Assembly: GCA_002104905.1 (NCBI GenBank)
Contig: MCFE01000073.1
Span: 121,180-185,179 of the forward strand
Direction: 5' to 3'
Origin: Basidiobolus meristosporus CBS 931.73
Taxonomy: Eukaryota; Fungi; Basidiobolomycota
DNA: 64,000 bases
The notes under the pieces are model-generated. The model was given only the letters and a program-made list of their open reading frames with translations, was not told where the DNA came from and ran no database searches. Positions 1-15,976 of this stretch are shown one piece after another. Each line of letters starts with the position of its first letter. Position 1 is the first letter of the stretch. A program made the position numbers and the translations under genes.

Positions 1-1528
1 AGGTCTGCTTCTCTTTAGCTGGAGCCTTGATAGCAGCAGCCTTCCCGAATATCGAGGCAGTTAGATTGGATAGGTCTGTAGTTGGGCGTACAGATGTCGA
101 TGGAGTAGCACTGCTATCATCCAGATCTGGTGCAGCGTTAATTTTCGGTCGGGCAACTTTAGGCACAGGTGGTGAGGTAACCCCGCCAGTGGCTTTTTTT
201 CTTAGCACGGCAGCTGGAACTAATCTGGTGAGTTCCTTTTGCAGATCGCGAAGCTGTGGTGCGGCCGAGATGACCGCCGATGCGGCGACTGGTTTTTTTA
301 CCCCATCACCGCTGGGATTCTCTTGCTTGGGTCTGCTGGTGGGATAAGGAGCAGCCCGGTGTTCAGTTCGCGATGGCGGTGGGGGCGGGGGTGGGCGCCG
401 CAAACCGCCAGGGGGCATGAACGGAAAGCCTGGTGGCATCGGTGGATAGTATTGGCCTTTGGGAATGTGGATTAGAACAGTGCATTGACGCTACTAGCAC
501 ATGTGCGAAGGCATACCAGGAGGTGGTGGTGGAACAGATCCAGGTCTCATGTGTGGCGGAAATGGTTGAAACGCATAGGGTGGTGGACGAGCAGAAGGTG
601 GTGGTGGTGGGGCTCTTTGAGACTGTACATGATCGGACGTGTTCTCGGAATGACTTCCAGTTGCACCCTCATCTTCGTCGTCGGAATAGTCCAAATTCTG
701 CAGTGGGTTTGGTTGTGCTTCATAGGAATCCATTAATACTCGGCTGGCAAATATTGTTATGAACGTTGCTCCTACCATGCTCTACGTAAGGAGCACCTGG
801 TGGTGGCGCGCCGTATGGGTTTAGTGTTGGGTGATAATAAACTGATTTCGTTGGATCACGTCCAGATGTGTTTGCGAATGAAGGCGATGGTTCATTTTGG
901 ACACTTGGTGCACTAGTAGGGGAGAGAGAAAGTGAGAGAATGTTAATGAACGCGAAAATCCACTTGTGAAGGAAAATTGGCAACCTTTTAATCGCAATTC
1001 CGTGCTCCTGTAAATACAGTCCATTAGGTATCAAGCCGAATGCCTCTATAGCATACGTTAAGCCCTTACCTTCTTCACAGCATAGATCTTATTCAACTCC
1101 TCCTCGATCTCCGACAGCTTGGCTTTCCCATTTTTGTCCAGCTTTCTATCTCTGTCTGCGAATGCAAGGCTGTGTTGAATATCGACGGTCTGACGGCTCA
1201 AATTAAGGTTGATAATGTTCTTGATTTACCTAATTTTTTATATCTGGCTACCTCAGCCTCCAACTTCGTAGTGTCCTTCAAGGCAAGACTCACCTCTCGC
1301 TGCTTTTTCCTCTCTTCTTTATTCTGGAAGCACAATGCGTACTAAGTCAACCGCGGCTCGATCATTTGAGACACCTAAACTACATACCCTCTTCAACTCC
1401 TTCTGTTTCATTTGCTTCCCTTTAGTAGACAATACATTTAGCAGGTGGGTACACGTAACGAGGCCCGAAAATAAAGGGAATTTACGATATGCATCGGCAG
1501 GATTTACACTACGACCACTCTTTCCCAT
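1..1528 (-). CDS. WBP11: WW domain-binding protein 11 (splicing factor), multi-exon, 3' end outside window
   Basis: N-terminus MGKSGRSVNPADAYRK..QMKQKELKR matches the Wbp11 N-terminal motif (NPxDxxRK..RKKELK). Downstream exons are Pro-rich (PPPPPSARPPP). GT-AG introns are present. Confidence 0.8.
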
Positions 1529-1731
1529 GTTCTAACTCTTACTAACAGCGAAGAACGGTGAGCCGAATCTAGCGATGAATTTATCAGAAGTGTCAGGATG
1601 GCTCCAGTGATTATTTCATTGATCATCCAAATCCAGAATTTTCATGTAACGTGAGATTGGAGGGGAAATCAGCATACTCTATAGATGGTTGATGTATGGC
1701 TTTATTGTAATGTGTATGCTTCGAAAGAAAT

Positions 1732-2412
1732 CTATAATTTGGCTTTTTGAGCACCAGCCTCGGCAAGAAGGAACTCAACCGTGGACTTGATACCCTCTGG
1801 CTTGACCTTGGGATCGAATCGGGCAACCACCTTGCCATCCTTATCAATGATGAATTTCTGTGTGGAGAGTTGGTGAATACCTCTAGCAACAATCGTAGTG
1901 AGTACTATACTGTATATCCATTTACCTCGAAATTCCAACGGATGTCCTTGCCGGCCCTCAAGAATTTGTAAAGTGGATGGGCTTCGTCACCATTCACGTT
2001 GCTGGAAGACAGAGAAAGGAGTTAGAGAGGGAGTGGTGCGGGGACCCAGAGTAACCTACATTTTCTTCATGATAGGGAAAGTCACTCCATAATTGAGGGA
2101 GCAGAAAGACTGAATTTCCTCCTCAGAACCTGGCTCCTGATCTTTGAATCTGAAGCACAAAGTGAGCAAGTTCCCGCGGTGCGTCAAGGGAGTGTTCTGT
2201 ACTTACTGGTTGCAAGGGAAACCGAAAATCTGCAGTCCTTCCCCCTTATGCTTCTGGTAAAGCTCTTCGAGGCCAGCGTATTGTGGAGTGAGGCCACACT
2301 TCGAAGCGACATTGACGAAGATGACAACGCTGCCCTTCAAGTCGGAAAATTGGATGGTTTTTCCCTGAGCAGTAGTAGCAGTGAAATCGTAGATAGTGTT
2401 GGTGACCGACAT
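1732..2412 (-). CDS. GPX: Glutathione peroxidase (Cys-type), multi-exon
   Basis: Motifs [29 protein letters not shown] and [14 protein letters not shown]. The active-site codon is TGT. Confidence 0.93.
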
Positions 2413-2602
2413 CTTGAATTTTTCGCCAAGTTCCCGTCAGCCATTCACTGGCAATATAAAGGACCCCGGACCACGTGGAGATGAGATGAATATTATCTAT
2501 TTGTGTCACTTTATTGGAGCGAAGTGCTGATTATCACTGAGTTGTGTGAATGTGGAGAAAATTACATGATGGTATGAAGGGGATCAAGCTTGGGGAACTT
2601 CG

Positions 2603-3195
2603 TTAGACCAAGTTGCGAGTTCCCGAAGGGATTTTGCAGGTAATCCCATCAAGCTCAGGCCTCATAACGATTTGGCAGCCTAATCTGGAACTATGGAACA
2701 ATGATAAATCAGCTTGTCGGTCTGCGATAATATCACCAAGAGAATACTTACGTGTCAGTTAACCCGAAGGCCAAGTCGAGCATATCGTTTTCCTCATCGC
2801 TCGGCTCCTCTAGTTTGTCGTAATATTCTTTGGGAAGCACCACGTGGCAAGTGGAGCATGCAAGAGAACAATCACAGGCACCTGAAATGAGTTTGCGCAT
2901 TGGTTAATGCAGCCGCTTTGGAAAGCTTGGTCTGAGAAAGAGCTACCTTCGAGGTCTATGTAGTTGTTGTGGGCGATTCTCATGATGCTTTCCCCCTCCG
3001 GGGCCTTGACCGTAAAACGCTCCCCCTCTTCCGTAATGAAGTTAACTGTCAAGCTGCTTGGACAATCGGTTTTAGTCTGATGCTTGCTACCGGTCAAGAG
3101 ACGATGCCATACCTCTTATTAGACATGGACCGTGTCCAGCCCAAGCGAGAAGTCACTGGAGCCACGCGTCGAATGGTTGAGACGAATAACGACAT
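2603..3195 (-). CDS. YAH1: Mitochondrial 2Fe-2S ferredoxin (adrenodoxin-like)
   Basis: Spliced reading gives [37 protein letters not shown]-terminus [23 protein letters not shown] resembles a mitochondrial presequence. Confidence 0.9.
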
Positions 3196-3511
3196 CGAAT
3201 TACTTGGACCTAAACACCAAAACTGACCTAGCGACCTCCAGGTATTTAATCAGCAGAACAAACCCAACCACCATCTTCATCTTGATGAAAATATTTTCCC
3301 AATTAGCTCTTGTATTGGACAGGATTTGTATCACGTTGACACGATGGTTAAATCTCCCATCAGGATAAGCCACTCAGTACCATGGGATCTACTGCACTTA
3401 TTAGTATAGTTCAAGATAGATTAAGATTAGATTAAATGGAGTAATCCGTATCAAACACTGGTCAACTAGGTTTATTGACGTACAAGTGGGTAGTGTACAA
3501 TTGGGCTACTG

Positions 3512-4043
3512 CTAGTTCTTTTCATTTACCAAGGTACCAACATGCAAATACTTGCTAGAGAACGTGTCATCCCAACCCTTGAGGTTTCCCCATTCTTCTT
3601 CCGTGAGGTCGGAGAGGGTGTCGATGGGCTGGTCCAACGGGGTCAGCATCTCCTCATCGAACGAATGCTTGGCCAAACCACGGCTTGCATCGTGACCGGC
3701 AAAGTTACCATAAGGCCCATCTATGAAAACCGCTCAATTAGAAACCCTTCTTAATAACCAAGAATCGGAGTAAATACTCACCGGGGCCATAAAACTTCTT
3801 TCCAGAAGTCACATCGTAGACCTTTCCATTCACACCCATCAGGATTCTTGAGCTCTTGATCCCATCGAACTCGGCCAATTCTTTAGGCGTGTAGATCTTG
3901 AAAACCACCGTTTCAGGATGCTGTGGCGGAGGGATGTTTTCAGGCTCGAAGTTGAAGTAAGAGTAGGCGATGTATGTGGCGCCCAAAAGAAGCACCCAGT
4001 TTACTGGGTTTTGCGTCAACTGCTCAAACAAAGTGGCGATCAT
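3512..4043 (-). CDS. DAP1: Membrane-associated progesterone receptor / cytochrome b5-like heme-binding protein
   Basis: N-terminal TM helix, then YTPKELAEFDG..GKVYDVT.GKKFYGP and GPYGNFAGHDASRGLAKHSF. One intron. Confidence 0.9.
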
Positions 4044-4401
4044 CTTGGAGAAAATTCTCAGCAGCAGAGAAGGCCGGACTAACAGAGTAATGGGATGGAC
4101 TTGGGTGGGTTGCTTGTAACCACCTCATTGGCTGATCAGGCAAAATCGGCCCAGCGGATTAATCATATGTACAAAGCCCGGCTCAGAAGATAGCCACATT
4201 CATCCGATTTGCGATGACAAATAGATTTATTTCCGCAATGTCACCTGATTTTGATCAGGCTCAGCACCTCCTTCGATGCAAATTAGATTTAGTGGTGAAG
4301 GAGGCTGATATATTAGGTGAATGGACAAAGTCAAAAGCTTGGCATATTATTAAATACAAGGAGGTAATGTATGTATAAGGTGATGATGGGGAAGGGGTGC
4401 T

Positions 4402-5420
4402 TTAGGCTATAGTTTTCGGGGACGTCGAGGATCTAAGGCCCAATATACTACGGACATCCTCGACTCCGCTTAAAGCATCAAGGAATGGGATCAAGTCGGA
4501 TAAACACTCATCGTATGGGTCATCATTCATCCATGTCTTGATGGGAACAGCGTTTCGTTGATTGATTGCGTAGGAAAACGGCGAGTTGTCTACCAGTATC
4601 ACCTTCGAGAGGTCCGGGTTAATGATAGAAAGATCTTTCATAAAGACACCGTTACGATATGTACAACTCTGTGAAGGCTAGAAGTTAACACACATTCTAT
4701 AACGACAAGTGCATCATCGATTAAATTACCTCTCTATATAATCTCTTGGAAAATATCTCTGATGCTAGCCCGTATTTAGCCATAACTTGGCCTTCGAGCC
4801 AATCTATAATGGGGTCTGCATACTCGGAAACCGAAGCGGTAAATATAACAAGCGTGTACCACTGGCTCATCTATAAAAATGGTTTAGTACACACTCCTTG
4901 CACGCGTCCAAAACTATTCCAAAGGGCCACTCACCATATACAAAAATTGAAAGACGCTTGGACGTTGGTACACGTAGTAGACGCAACTCTGCTTATCAAA
5001 GGGGACGTCTATCTGAAAATCGGGCTTTCCGCTTTCCTCCATCATACTGTGAATCAGTGTTTCGTCAAGATCGAGTACAAGAACCTTGCGCTTGGAGGCT
5101 GGGATGGGTTCTGAGAAGCTAGGCAAGGGCTTAGGGGCGGAGGCTCTTCCCTTGTATAAACTCCCCAAAGAAGTAAATACAAAAGAAGTGGCACAAGTGG
5201 TTCCCGAGTATAGTGCTCTGGAAAACCTTCCAACAGAAGAACCATACAAATAGTCTGAGAGTTTTTTACGAGCATTTTCCTTATCCATACTTACGGCTGC
5301 CGCTGCAGCAGCTGCCGCAAAAACACCAGCATCGAAGGATAATGGCGTGTTGAGGGAGGGTGACTGGATATGAAGCTCCATACGTTGTGGAATTAGATTA
5401 TTGTAAAGGTGAGGATTCAA
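4402..5420 (-). CDS. FCP1/NIF-family HAD phosphatase (Nem1/CTDNEP1-like); 5' end uncertain
   Basis: Motifs LVLDLDETLIHS, YVYQRP, KDLSIINPDLSKVILVDNSP and NAVPIKTW..DPYDECL. Confidence 0.85.
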
Positions 5421-6749
5421 GGATTAGAGATAAGCACCTATACAATTATATCAGGGCGCCAGCGAAGAGAGAATCAGGTCAAGGTGTTACAAAACCAACT
5501 ATCTAATGAATGTGGAAGACAATTCCCTCAGGTCCACATTTATATGAATCCGCTCCGGATGCTCACCAGTGAATCAATCCAGACAAGTTACCAATGAGAA
5601 TGCCTGGATTGGATGAAATTCTTTTGTATAACTGTGGAAATTCTCTATTTAGCTTCGAGGAATGACCAAATTGGGCAACGACACAAAGCCATCTTTCTAG
5701 GCTAATAATAGAATGTGTTTCTCAGTGTATGCTGACGTGAAGCATGTGTGGCGCCCGGAAGACCATGCAATAAGAATCATGAATTGCTCATTAATAAATA
5801 TCTAGGAGAACACGCCGAAAACCGACTAACTGATCTGCTTGGCACTCAATTGGATTTGGGGTAAAGCCCAATATAGAACGAAAACTAATTAATCCAGTGC
5901 AGGCATGCCAATGACTGCAGTCCCCTATTCATTAAGCTCCCCACACTTCCGTTTACCAAGTGGTTCTTTATAACTAATCTTCCCAAAACCTTGGGTTCGA
6001 CGATGAAACACATGAATTGTTATATACCTGGTTGATCAAACTGGTCATTTGTTTCAACCACTTGGCTCATTATACTTGATAAGGGAACAATGTAACATTC
6101 AGCATTCAGCGTTCGCATTGATGAAGATGGACACACCATTCCCAGTCAGAGGATCAATAAAACTTGTCTTCTTGCACATCAATACTGATCGGGTTTATCG
6201 GCAGCATTACACCACCGTCGCTTAAACGCTACAATGGGGCTATAGCTATTGATAAAACCGGTTGGTTGATGGAGTCACCTGATACCTGCCCAGATTTGGT
6301 TGTTATTGATGGAAATCAGTTGACTTGCACAAGTGTATCATATCTGGGATGCGCTCCTCTTCAACCTGTGTCCATCCACGTCCTCCACCTTTAGTTCCCT
6401 ACATCAACGGCTTCAGCAAACGTGCTTGGTTCATATAGACTAATAGGTTAACGTCGCAATGATCGAAGGTTCGCCAGAATTCCCCTATTTTGCCACAGTT
6501 CTGGACGATATTGCTCTCATCTAGATTTGGCCATGGATTTCGGTATGGACAATCCCATAAAATCCTGAAAATAGACAAATATTAGGATAATAATCGTAAT
6601 AGGAGGGTAGATGGTATTCTAACTTGGTATTGTGTAATCCAAGTAATGCCAGAAATGCAGTCCTATCCTGTTCTCCACTACTAGTCCGTACATAGGTGTT
6701 CCTTTATCGATATTCCAACAAATTCTCTATTCCTTGAATCCTATATAGC

Positions 6750-8528
<1,779 letters not shown>

Positions 8529-9012
8529 AACAACTTAGAAAATACGTCCATGGAGTCTGATGTCTTCCCTCCGGCAGCTCCACCTTTAACAGAGCAATGC
8601 GTACTTTCCTAACAAATAAACGCACTCTCATGAATAATAGAGCCAATTGCTCCATGATCACCCGAAATTCGATAAGTATCAACAAAACGAACGCGATTCC
8701 ATTTTGGTAATAATGATGCTGATCTAATCTATTACCTAACGTCAGAGAAAATACTGGAATAAAATGATTCTCGTTAGAGAGAAATTCTACTCCATCTATT
8801 GGTCCTAGCTTGTGAGAGTTGCAGCTAATGCTTGAAGCTCTTGAAAGTAAATTTCCTTTTACATATACTTATTAACGTCTTCTACTTCCCGCCGATACAC
8901 GTCTAATCTCACGAACCATATATATTTCTCCTATTCTTGGCATATTAGTAGTATAGTGTTTTTATCACGTTTCCTTTAAAATCCATAGTAGAATACTGTT
9001 AGGTTTTACGAA

Positions 9013-12000
9013 ATGTATTTTGAAGTGGCATCGTTACCCGTAATCCTGGACGATCTATGCAGGTATGTTCATCTTTCAGTAGCCCTACGCTTGACGCGTA
9101 ATTGCCCGCACGCTTGTATATTAACGACTTTCCTTCAGTCGGTTTATTATCAATGTACCAGATGAAGAGCTTGCGTCAGTAGAACGTATCTGTTTTCAGA
9201 TTGAGCAAGCGCACTGGTTTTACGAAGATTTCATCAGAGAAATCAATACTTCTCTACCGACCTTCTCGTTGAAAAATTTTTCCGCGAAAAATATCCTTTT
9301 GTCTTTTTCTACGTGTTGAGTTTCTCATCGCACGGGGCCTTCAGGCTGCCTTTCCCGATGTGTATGCTCCTTGACTTTCACCACTCTTTAAGCATTGCCC
9401 GTTACTTCACCAGTGGGCTCATGAGCACGAGCGAGCTTTTAACGACTTCTTGCAGTATAAATTCCGTGTGCCCGTTTGTGGTGCCATCATCTTGAACGAG
9501 GCTCAAGATAAGGTTGGGCTTTCCTTCACCGTTTATTTTAACACAGCAATACTAACCCTTATGGTACTAGTGTCTTCTGGTAAAAGGCTGGACCTCTCGC
9601 TCTGGTTGGGGATTTCCTAGGGGCAAGATCAACAAAGACGAGCCCGATTCTACGTGTGCTGTTCGTGAGGTAAGATCCATAGTTTAATCACGAAGCTCTT
9701 TCACCATACACTGACACAGTACTCATTAGGTGCTAGAGGAGACGGGCTTTGACATAACACCCTATTTGAAAGAGGATCAATTTCTCGAAGTTGTCATCCA
9801 CGAGCAAAGAATCAAACTATTCATTGCCACCGGAGTTCCTGAAAGCACCGTTTTTGTTCCGATGACCAGGAAAGAAATTAGCGTAAGTGATGAGCAGGGG
9901 CATGCTAGGTACAGCTTCGTTCAGTAAATTTACTAATCACCATCTACAGAAAATAGAATGGCATAGAATCGCCGACCTGCCTACATCTAAAGTTAAAGCA
10001 GGTAGTTCTGGGTCTTACGACGCAGCAATTCAGAGCATTGGAGGGGGGATCTCTTCCAAGTCAAACAATCGCTATTATATGATCATTCCTTTCGTATCGT
10101 AAGTCTTGAAGCCTCAGTCGAATTTCGACCAAGCTGGGGAAATGCTTACAAACCATTCATTATACAGAAAGTTGAAGGCCTGGATTAATCGCCGCAACAA
10201 GGGCAAATCTAATAAGCGTTCAAGCTCGTTGAAATCCTCCGGAAGCTCTTCTCGGCAATCAGCTACTGACGGCCAGGCCAATGCTGAGCATCAGATTAAA
10301 TCTCTACTGGGAATGGTGAATGGGCAAAGCAATTATGAATACATGCACCATGGCCAAAAGCAGACTCCCGCCCATCGTGGAAACGAGTCGGGTTTCCCCA
10401 ACGGTGCGGATCCTGAAAGTATGCTTAAATCGATGTTGAAAATCTCTGACTCTACACCACCGTTGCATAACATGCAAGCCCCATCTCCTCCGAGAATCAC
10501 CATTCTCAGGAGGAATCCGAATGGGCCAAACAATGCCGATCGTAAGTTAGATACCCGTGAAAGTATGTGCTTTTGACCTGTTTTACTCATCTTTTTTCCC
10601 GCAGCGACTTCTGACTCACTTGCGAAGCATCATGTGCAAAATTCGATATCACCCAGCGAATTGCCTATTCCAAATCCACCGGTGTTAGCCGAGAATCAAT
10701 TGAAATCTCTTCTCGGGATCAATAAGCCAACCTCATCGCTACCTTACGAACACAGTGGCCCGGATCTTGTAGGTGGGGCTGCTCCTACTTTTAATGTGGC
10801 CCAGCATCCCAGCTCTACCCCATTTGACCTGGCTAATGGTACAGCTGAATTCAACCATCCAAATGCTTCGCCATTGTTGGCCTTGTTCGAGAATCCACCA
10901 AAACCGAATGCTGGCAATCAGCCTGAGCCTTCACATGCAAATGCCACCGCTCAATCGTTGCTGACATTACTGGGGAAATCTCCTAATCCCACCAATACCA
11001 ATCAAGTTGAGCCTAGTCGTATAAGCGCATCTGCTCAGTCCTTGTTAGCACTACTCCAGCAACCTCCAAATCCAAGTACGGCGGCCACTCAAGTTGAACC
11101 CTCTCACCCAAACAGCTCTGCACAGTCATTACTAGCCTTGCTTCAACAGCCTTCGGGCTCCACCACATATGGCCAAACTCCTACTCAACACCCAGATTAT
11201 TCTGTTCCGTCTTTGCCACCTCATGTGGAGAGCTCACCTGCCATAGTATCAAATGAGCCAGTGCAGCAAAGTGGCACAAATGCTACTGCCCAGTCGTTGT
11301 TAGCTTTGTTAGGGAAGGCCCCCAACACTACAGCCAGCCAACCTGAGGCTGCTCAACCCACACCAGAACTAGATGAGAAGCACACCACCAGAAGCGCAAG
11401 CAAGTCGAATCAACTTGGTGCTTCTGCCCAGTCGCTTCTAGCCTTGCTTGGTCAATCTCCCAACTCCACAGCTGACAGTCGAACAGATGTTTCTCCACAG
11501 CTTTCGATGAGTTCCATCGAGAACTCTTCGAATTATACACCTGACGATCACGTTGATGCCGACCAGTCTGCGCTGGTTTCACCCAATCAGTTGTCAAACT
11601 CTACATTAAGCGACCAGATCGAGTCTAGCTGTGCAAGTACTACGGCCGAAAAATCACCAATCTCCACTGCTAGTGATCAAGCAGGATCTGTCCAGCCTTT
11701 GCTAACTTTACTCCAACAACCCGGGAGCTCAGCCAACACAGGTTACACGGAGCCTAGCCAGACTAATTCATCCACCCAGTCGCTTTTGGCCTTGCTTGGG
11801 AAATCGCCTAGTCCTCCAAAGAGTGTTGAATCCAAGGAAACAAGTACACTGACCCAGGAGCAACCTATGACTACCACTCATGCTAGTCCAACTGAATCCA
11901 ATCAAGCAGACTCGCCAGCACAGTCGTTGCTATCTCTACTTGGACAGGCCCCACCAAAGCCGAATGCATCTGCACAAGTGTTGTTGAACCTGCTTGGGCA

Positions 12001-12379
12001 GTCCAATGCTCCATCGAACGCCAGCCAACCTGAGCCTAGTCAACCGAATTCTTCTGCGCAGTCACTATTGTCCTTGTTATCCGAAGCATCTCCAAAAACC
12101 CCGGCTCCAACCACCTCCAACGTATCCAACGTCAGCCGCCGCACTTCACACACCACCATGAATGCCGCCAACGAGCTGCTGGGAATGGTTTCTTCGCAAT
12201 CCCGTTCACAAACTGCACCCGAATCCCCGAGATTCGAACCAAGCCAAATGCTCAAGGGAATGCTGGGTATTGATACTGCCGATCAAGGCAAGCCCAAGAT
12301 CGAGAACGGGATGTCGCCCAGCTCTGATCACATCAGCCCGATGCCCAAGAGCGTAGACTCGACCCCTACATTGGCATAA
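9013..12379 (+). CDS. DCP2: mRNA decapping enzyme Dcp2 (Box A + Nudix + long C-terminus with helical Leu-rich motifs)
   Basis: Spliced [37 protein letters not shown]; [11 protein letters not shown]; Nudix box [12 protein letters not shown]...[13 protein letters not shown]; repeated QSLLxLL motifs. Confidence 0.93.
9291..9384 (+). other. U12-type (minor spliceosome) AT-AC intron in DCP2
   Basis: 5' site ATATCCTTTT at 9291, branch-like TCCTTGAC at 9368-9375, AC at 9383-9384. Removal restores the frame: ..FSAK-I-FKHCPLL.. Confidence 0.9.
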
Positions 12380-12865
12380 ATTAAATAGCAAGTCTGGTGA
12401 TTGTGCCGCCTTCCATCTGTCCTTCACTCACCTCTGGTTAGACCCAGCATTGAATAAAATATGTATCAGTTACAAATGGTTTCTCGTCGGTTAGAGATGG
12501 CAGACATGTTGCCCAGCCCAACGGACGGTGTGTCATATGACATTGCCCTGAATATGTACTAGTATTGACTAATAATAATGATGATTTATGGAGGAGCGAT
12601 GGAATGAATCCAATATTGGTTTTTAATTACAAAGAGATTGAGGAGGATCGTGGGATCGAATCCGCATCCCTTCTGAGTATCAAGCTCGCCTAATATGGAA
12701 CCTACTGTCACCTAAACTTCTGTGTGCCCTCTTAACCCCAACTGTGTCAAATTTGTGAAGCTGGAGTGCTGACTGACTTATTTATTCAACCTAGTTGGGC
12801 TATAGTCTACTGGTGTATCCCTTTTGTTCTTGCTCCTATCCTTGCTCTGGCTATTTATGTAATCC

Positions 12866-14257
12866 ATGACATCTGAAGTTGCAACCACCAGTGAGGGCAC
12901 TCACAGCCATTCCTTCTACGCTAAGGATGACTCTTGTATCACCACCACCTCAACCTACTATCAGAAAGCTCACGAGCTTGAGGAGTTTTCCTCCCTTTTC
13001 AAAAGAACTCACAGACCTAGTCAGCCACTCACCATTGATGTATCTTTGGAGTTGGAGGTGTTGCGGAACAGCCTGGGCAAGATCATACAACAGCGGCGTA
13101 TGGACCGTCGCTATTCACACGACTCCACTTTTTCAACTGAGCCTCATGGCTCTACCACGTCGAATGTAAGCGAGGACGAGGACTCGTGTACCCTTTCCCC
13201 CAAGGTTCATAACTTATTGTGGGATCTTGACAATTGTCTGGCCAAAATACAGCAAAACGAGGAAGAAGCCTTGACGGAGCCCCCTTCGGCGGACGCCCAC
13301 TCCCACGTGAATGAAACTCATTCGGACAACATTGCGGGGGTAACTTCATCTGTCGTTGCTAACAGAGCCTCCACCTTGAATCCACCAGGTAGCATTTTCG
13401 CGGTCAAAGGTTTCTCCAAGTCAGAAACCTTCAACGACAAATGTAGTGACATTTCGGACGATTCGACGCCTCCCTCTTCAAAATACAGTGTCACTGTCAG
13501 CGAAGTGTACATGATTGCCATCCTCGCCGGCTGGGTTTTGAAGCTAAGTAACACCTCATTTTTCTCGTTGAAGAGCTGGAAGAGAAGGTTTCTGGTGTTA
13601 ACGCCCACCACACTTTTCCGGTACAAATCATCAGCACCCACAGCAGTTGCTGACGAGTATCTTGAGCTGACATCCGACACCATTGCCTGTGTCACCGATA
13701 AGTTTGCCGGAAAGCGATGGGTGCTAGAGATCACTAGCCCATCAAAGCCATCATGGTATATACAAACCGAGAGTCTAGATGAACTCAAGACATGGTTGAA
13801 CGCTTTAAAGGCATCGGTCATCCGTGCCAAATACTGTAACAACCGACTGCCATCTGCTGGTGGCTTCAATGTCCCATTAGCCAAACAAGATACTGCTGGC
13901 GTCCCGCCTTTACACGAGGGATCTCGTCGTGATTCCACCTTCACTATCCCGCTAGCTCGGCCGAGAACATTACATGCGCTGAGTACCAACAGCAAATCGA
14001 TGTCTGCCTTGCCACCACAACCTCCGATACCAAAGTATTTGCCACCACTACCCCCCGTCGCAATCGGGGGAGTAGGAACCCAGCGACACAGGATAACTAG
14101 GGCTCCATCCTCACCAGCAATCATGGGAAGTTCTATGGCCAAAGAATCGCGTGTGAGTTCCTTCAACAGGCGATTGCAGAGTAATCACATAGACACCACA
14201 CTACCATCTTCCCGACGAAACAGTGCAGTCTTGCCTACGCTGAATGAGGATGATTAA
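12866..14257 (+). CDS. PH-domain protein, single exon
   Basis: 463-aa ORF with AGWVLKL...KSWKRRFLVL...LFRYKS...WLNALK, flanked by low-complexity sequence. Confidence 0.85.
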   Translation: MTSEVATTSEGTHSHSFYAKDDSCITTTSTYYQKAHELEEFSSLFKRTHRPSQPLTIDVSLELEVLRNSLGKIIQQRRMDRRYSHDSTFSTEPHGSTTSNVSEDEDSCTLSPKVHNLLWDLDNCLAKIQQNEEEALTEPPSADAHSHVNETHSDNIAGVTSSVVANRASTLNPPGSIFAVKGFSKSETFNDKCSDISDDSTPPSSKYSVTVSEVYMIAILAGWVLKLSNTSFFSLKSWKRRFLVLTPTTLFRYKSSAPTAVADEYLELTSDTIACVTDKFAGKRWVLEITSPSKPSWYIQTESLDELKTWLNALKASVIRAKYCNNRLPSAGGFNVPLAKQDTAGVPPLHEGSRRDSTFTIPLARPRTLHALSTNSKSMSALPPQPPIPKYLPPLPPVAIGGVGTQRHRITRAPSSPAIMGSSMAKESRVSSFNRRLQSNHIDTTLPSSRRNSAVLPTLNEDD

Positions 14258-14830
14258 CCAAGTTCGTCCCACCCCCTTCGTATTCTATCTATGTGAATTT
14301 CCTATGTTTATTCTCATTTCTGATGGACATGATCCATCAATCTTATTTACAAGCATGGCTGAGCAATCTTGCGTCAGGACGGCAAGCCGTAGCCAACTAC
14401 CCAGAAGATACCTGAAACGCTCAACGAAGAACGTATATAGCTTGTTAGCCCAAGCGAAACCCATTAATTCATAGGGGAAGGGTCCCTCCTCTGGTGGCAT
14501 ACTTTCTCCCTCACACAGATAATCTAATGAAGTAAAGCATTGTACAAAATTTATGGTTGTAGTAGTACCTCGTGATACCAATCAAGCAGCATGTACCTTC
14601 GGCATAATCGCTGCATTCCCATAAATTAAGAGTTTCTAACCTGATTGATGTGGTGTTTTTGTAGATGTTTCTCTTTTATAATTGACCTGCTTTGCATCAT
14701 GTATCAGCCTGCATTAAGCGATTAATCGCTTCCATAGATTACGTTGATGATGTTACGTATTTTATTGTATTTACGTATGTTAATGAATGAGTAATTTACA
14801 TGTGTACTCCCTAGCAGGTTAGCAATTAGC

Positions 14831-15976
<1,146 letters not shown>

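Noticed and set aside
2280-2310. Possible selenocysteine GPX
   Set aside because: The active-site codon is TGT (Cys), with no in-frame TGA.
5880-6740. Coding-looking sequence between the Nem1-like and PFK2 genes
   Set aside because: I could not assemble a consistent spliced ORF or recognise a domain on either strand, so it is left unannotated.
12630-12720. tRNA-like T-loop (GGATTCGATCCC on the minus strand)
   Set aside because: No matching D-arm or acceptor stem could be folded.
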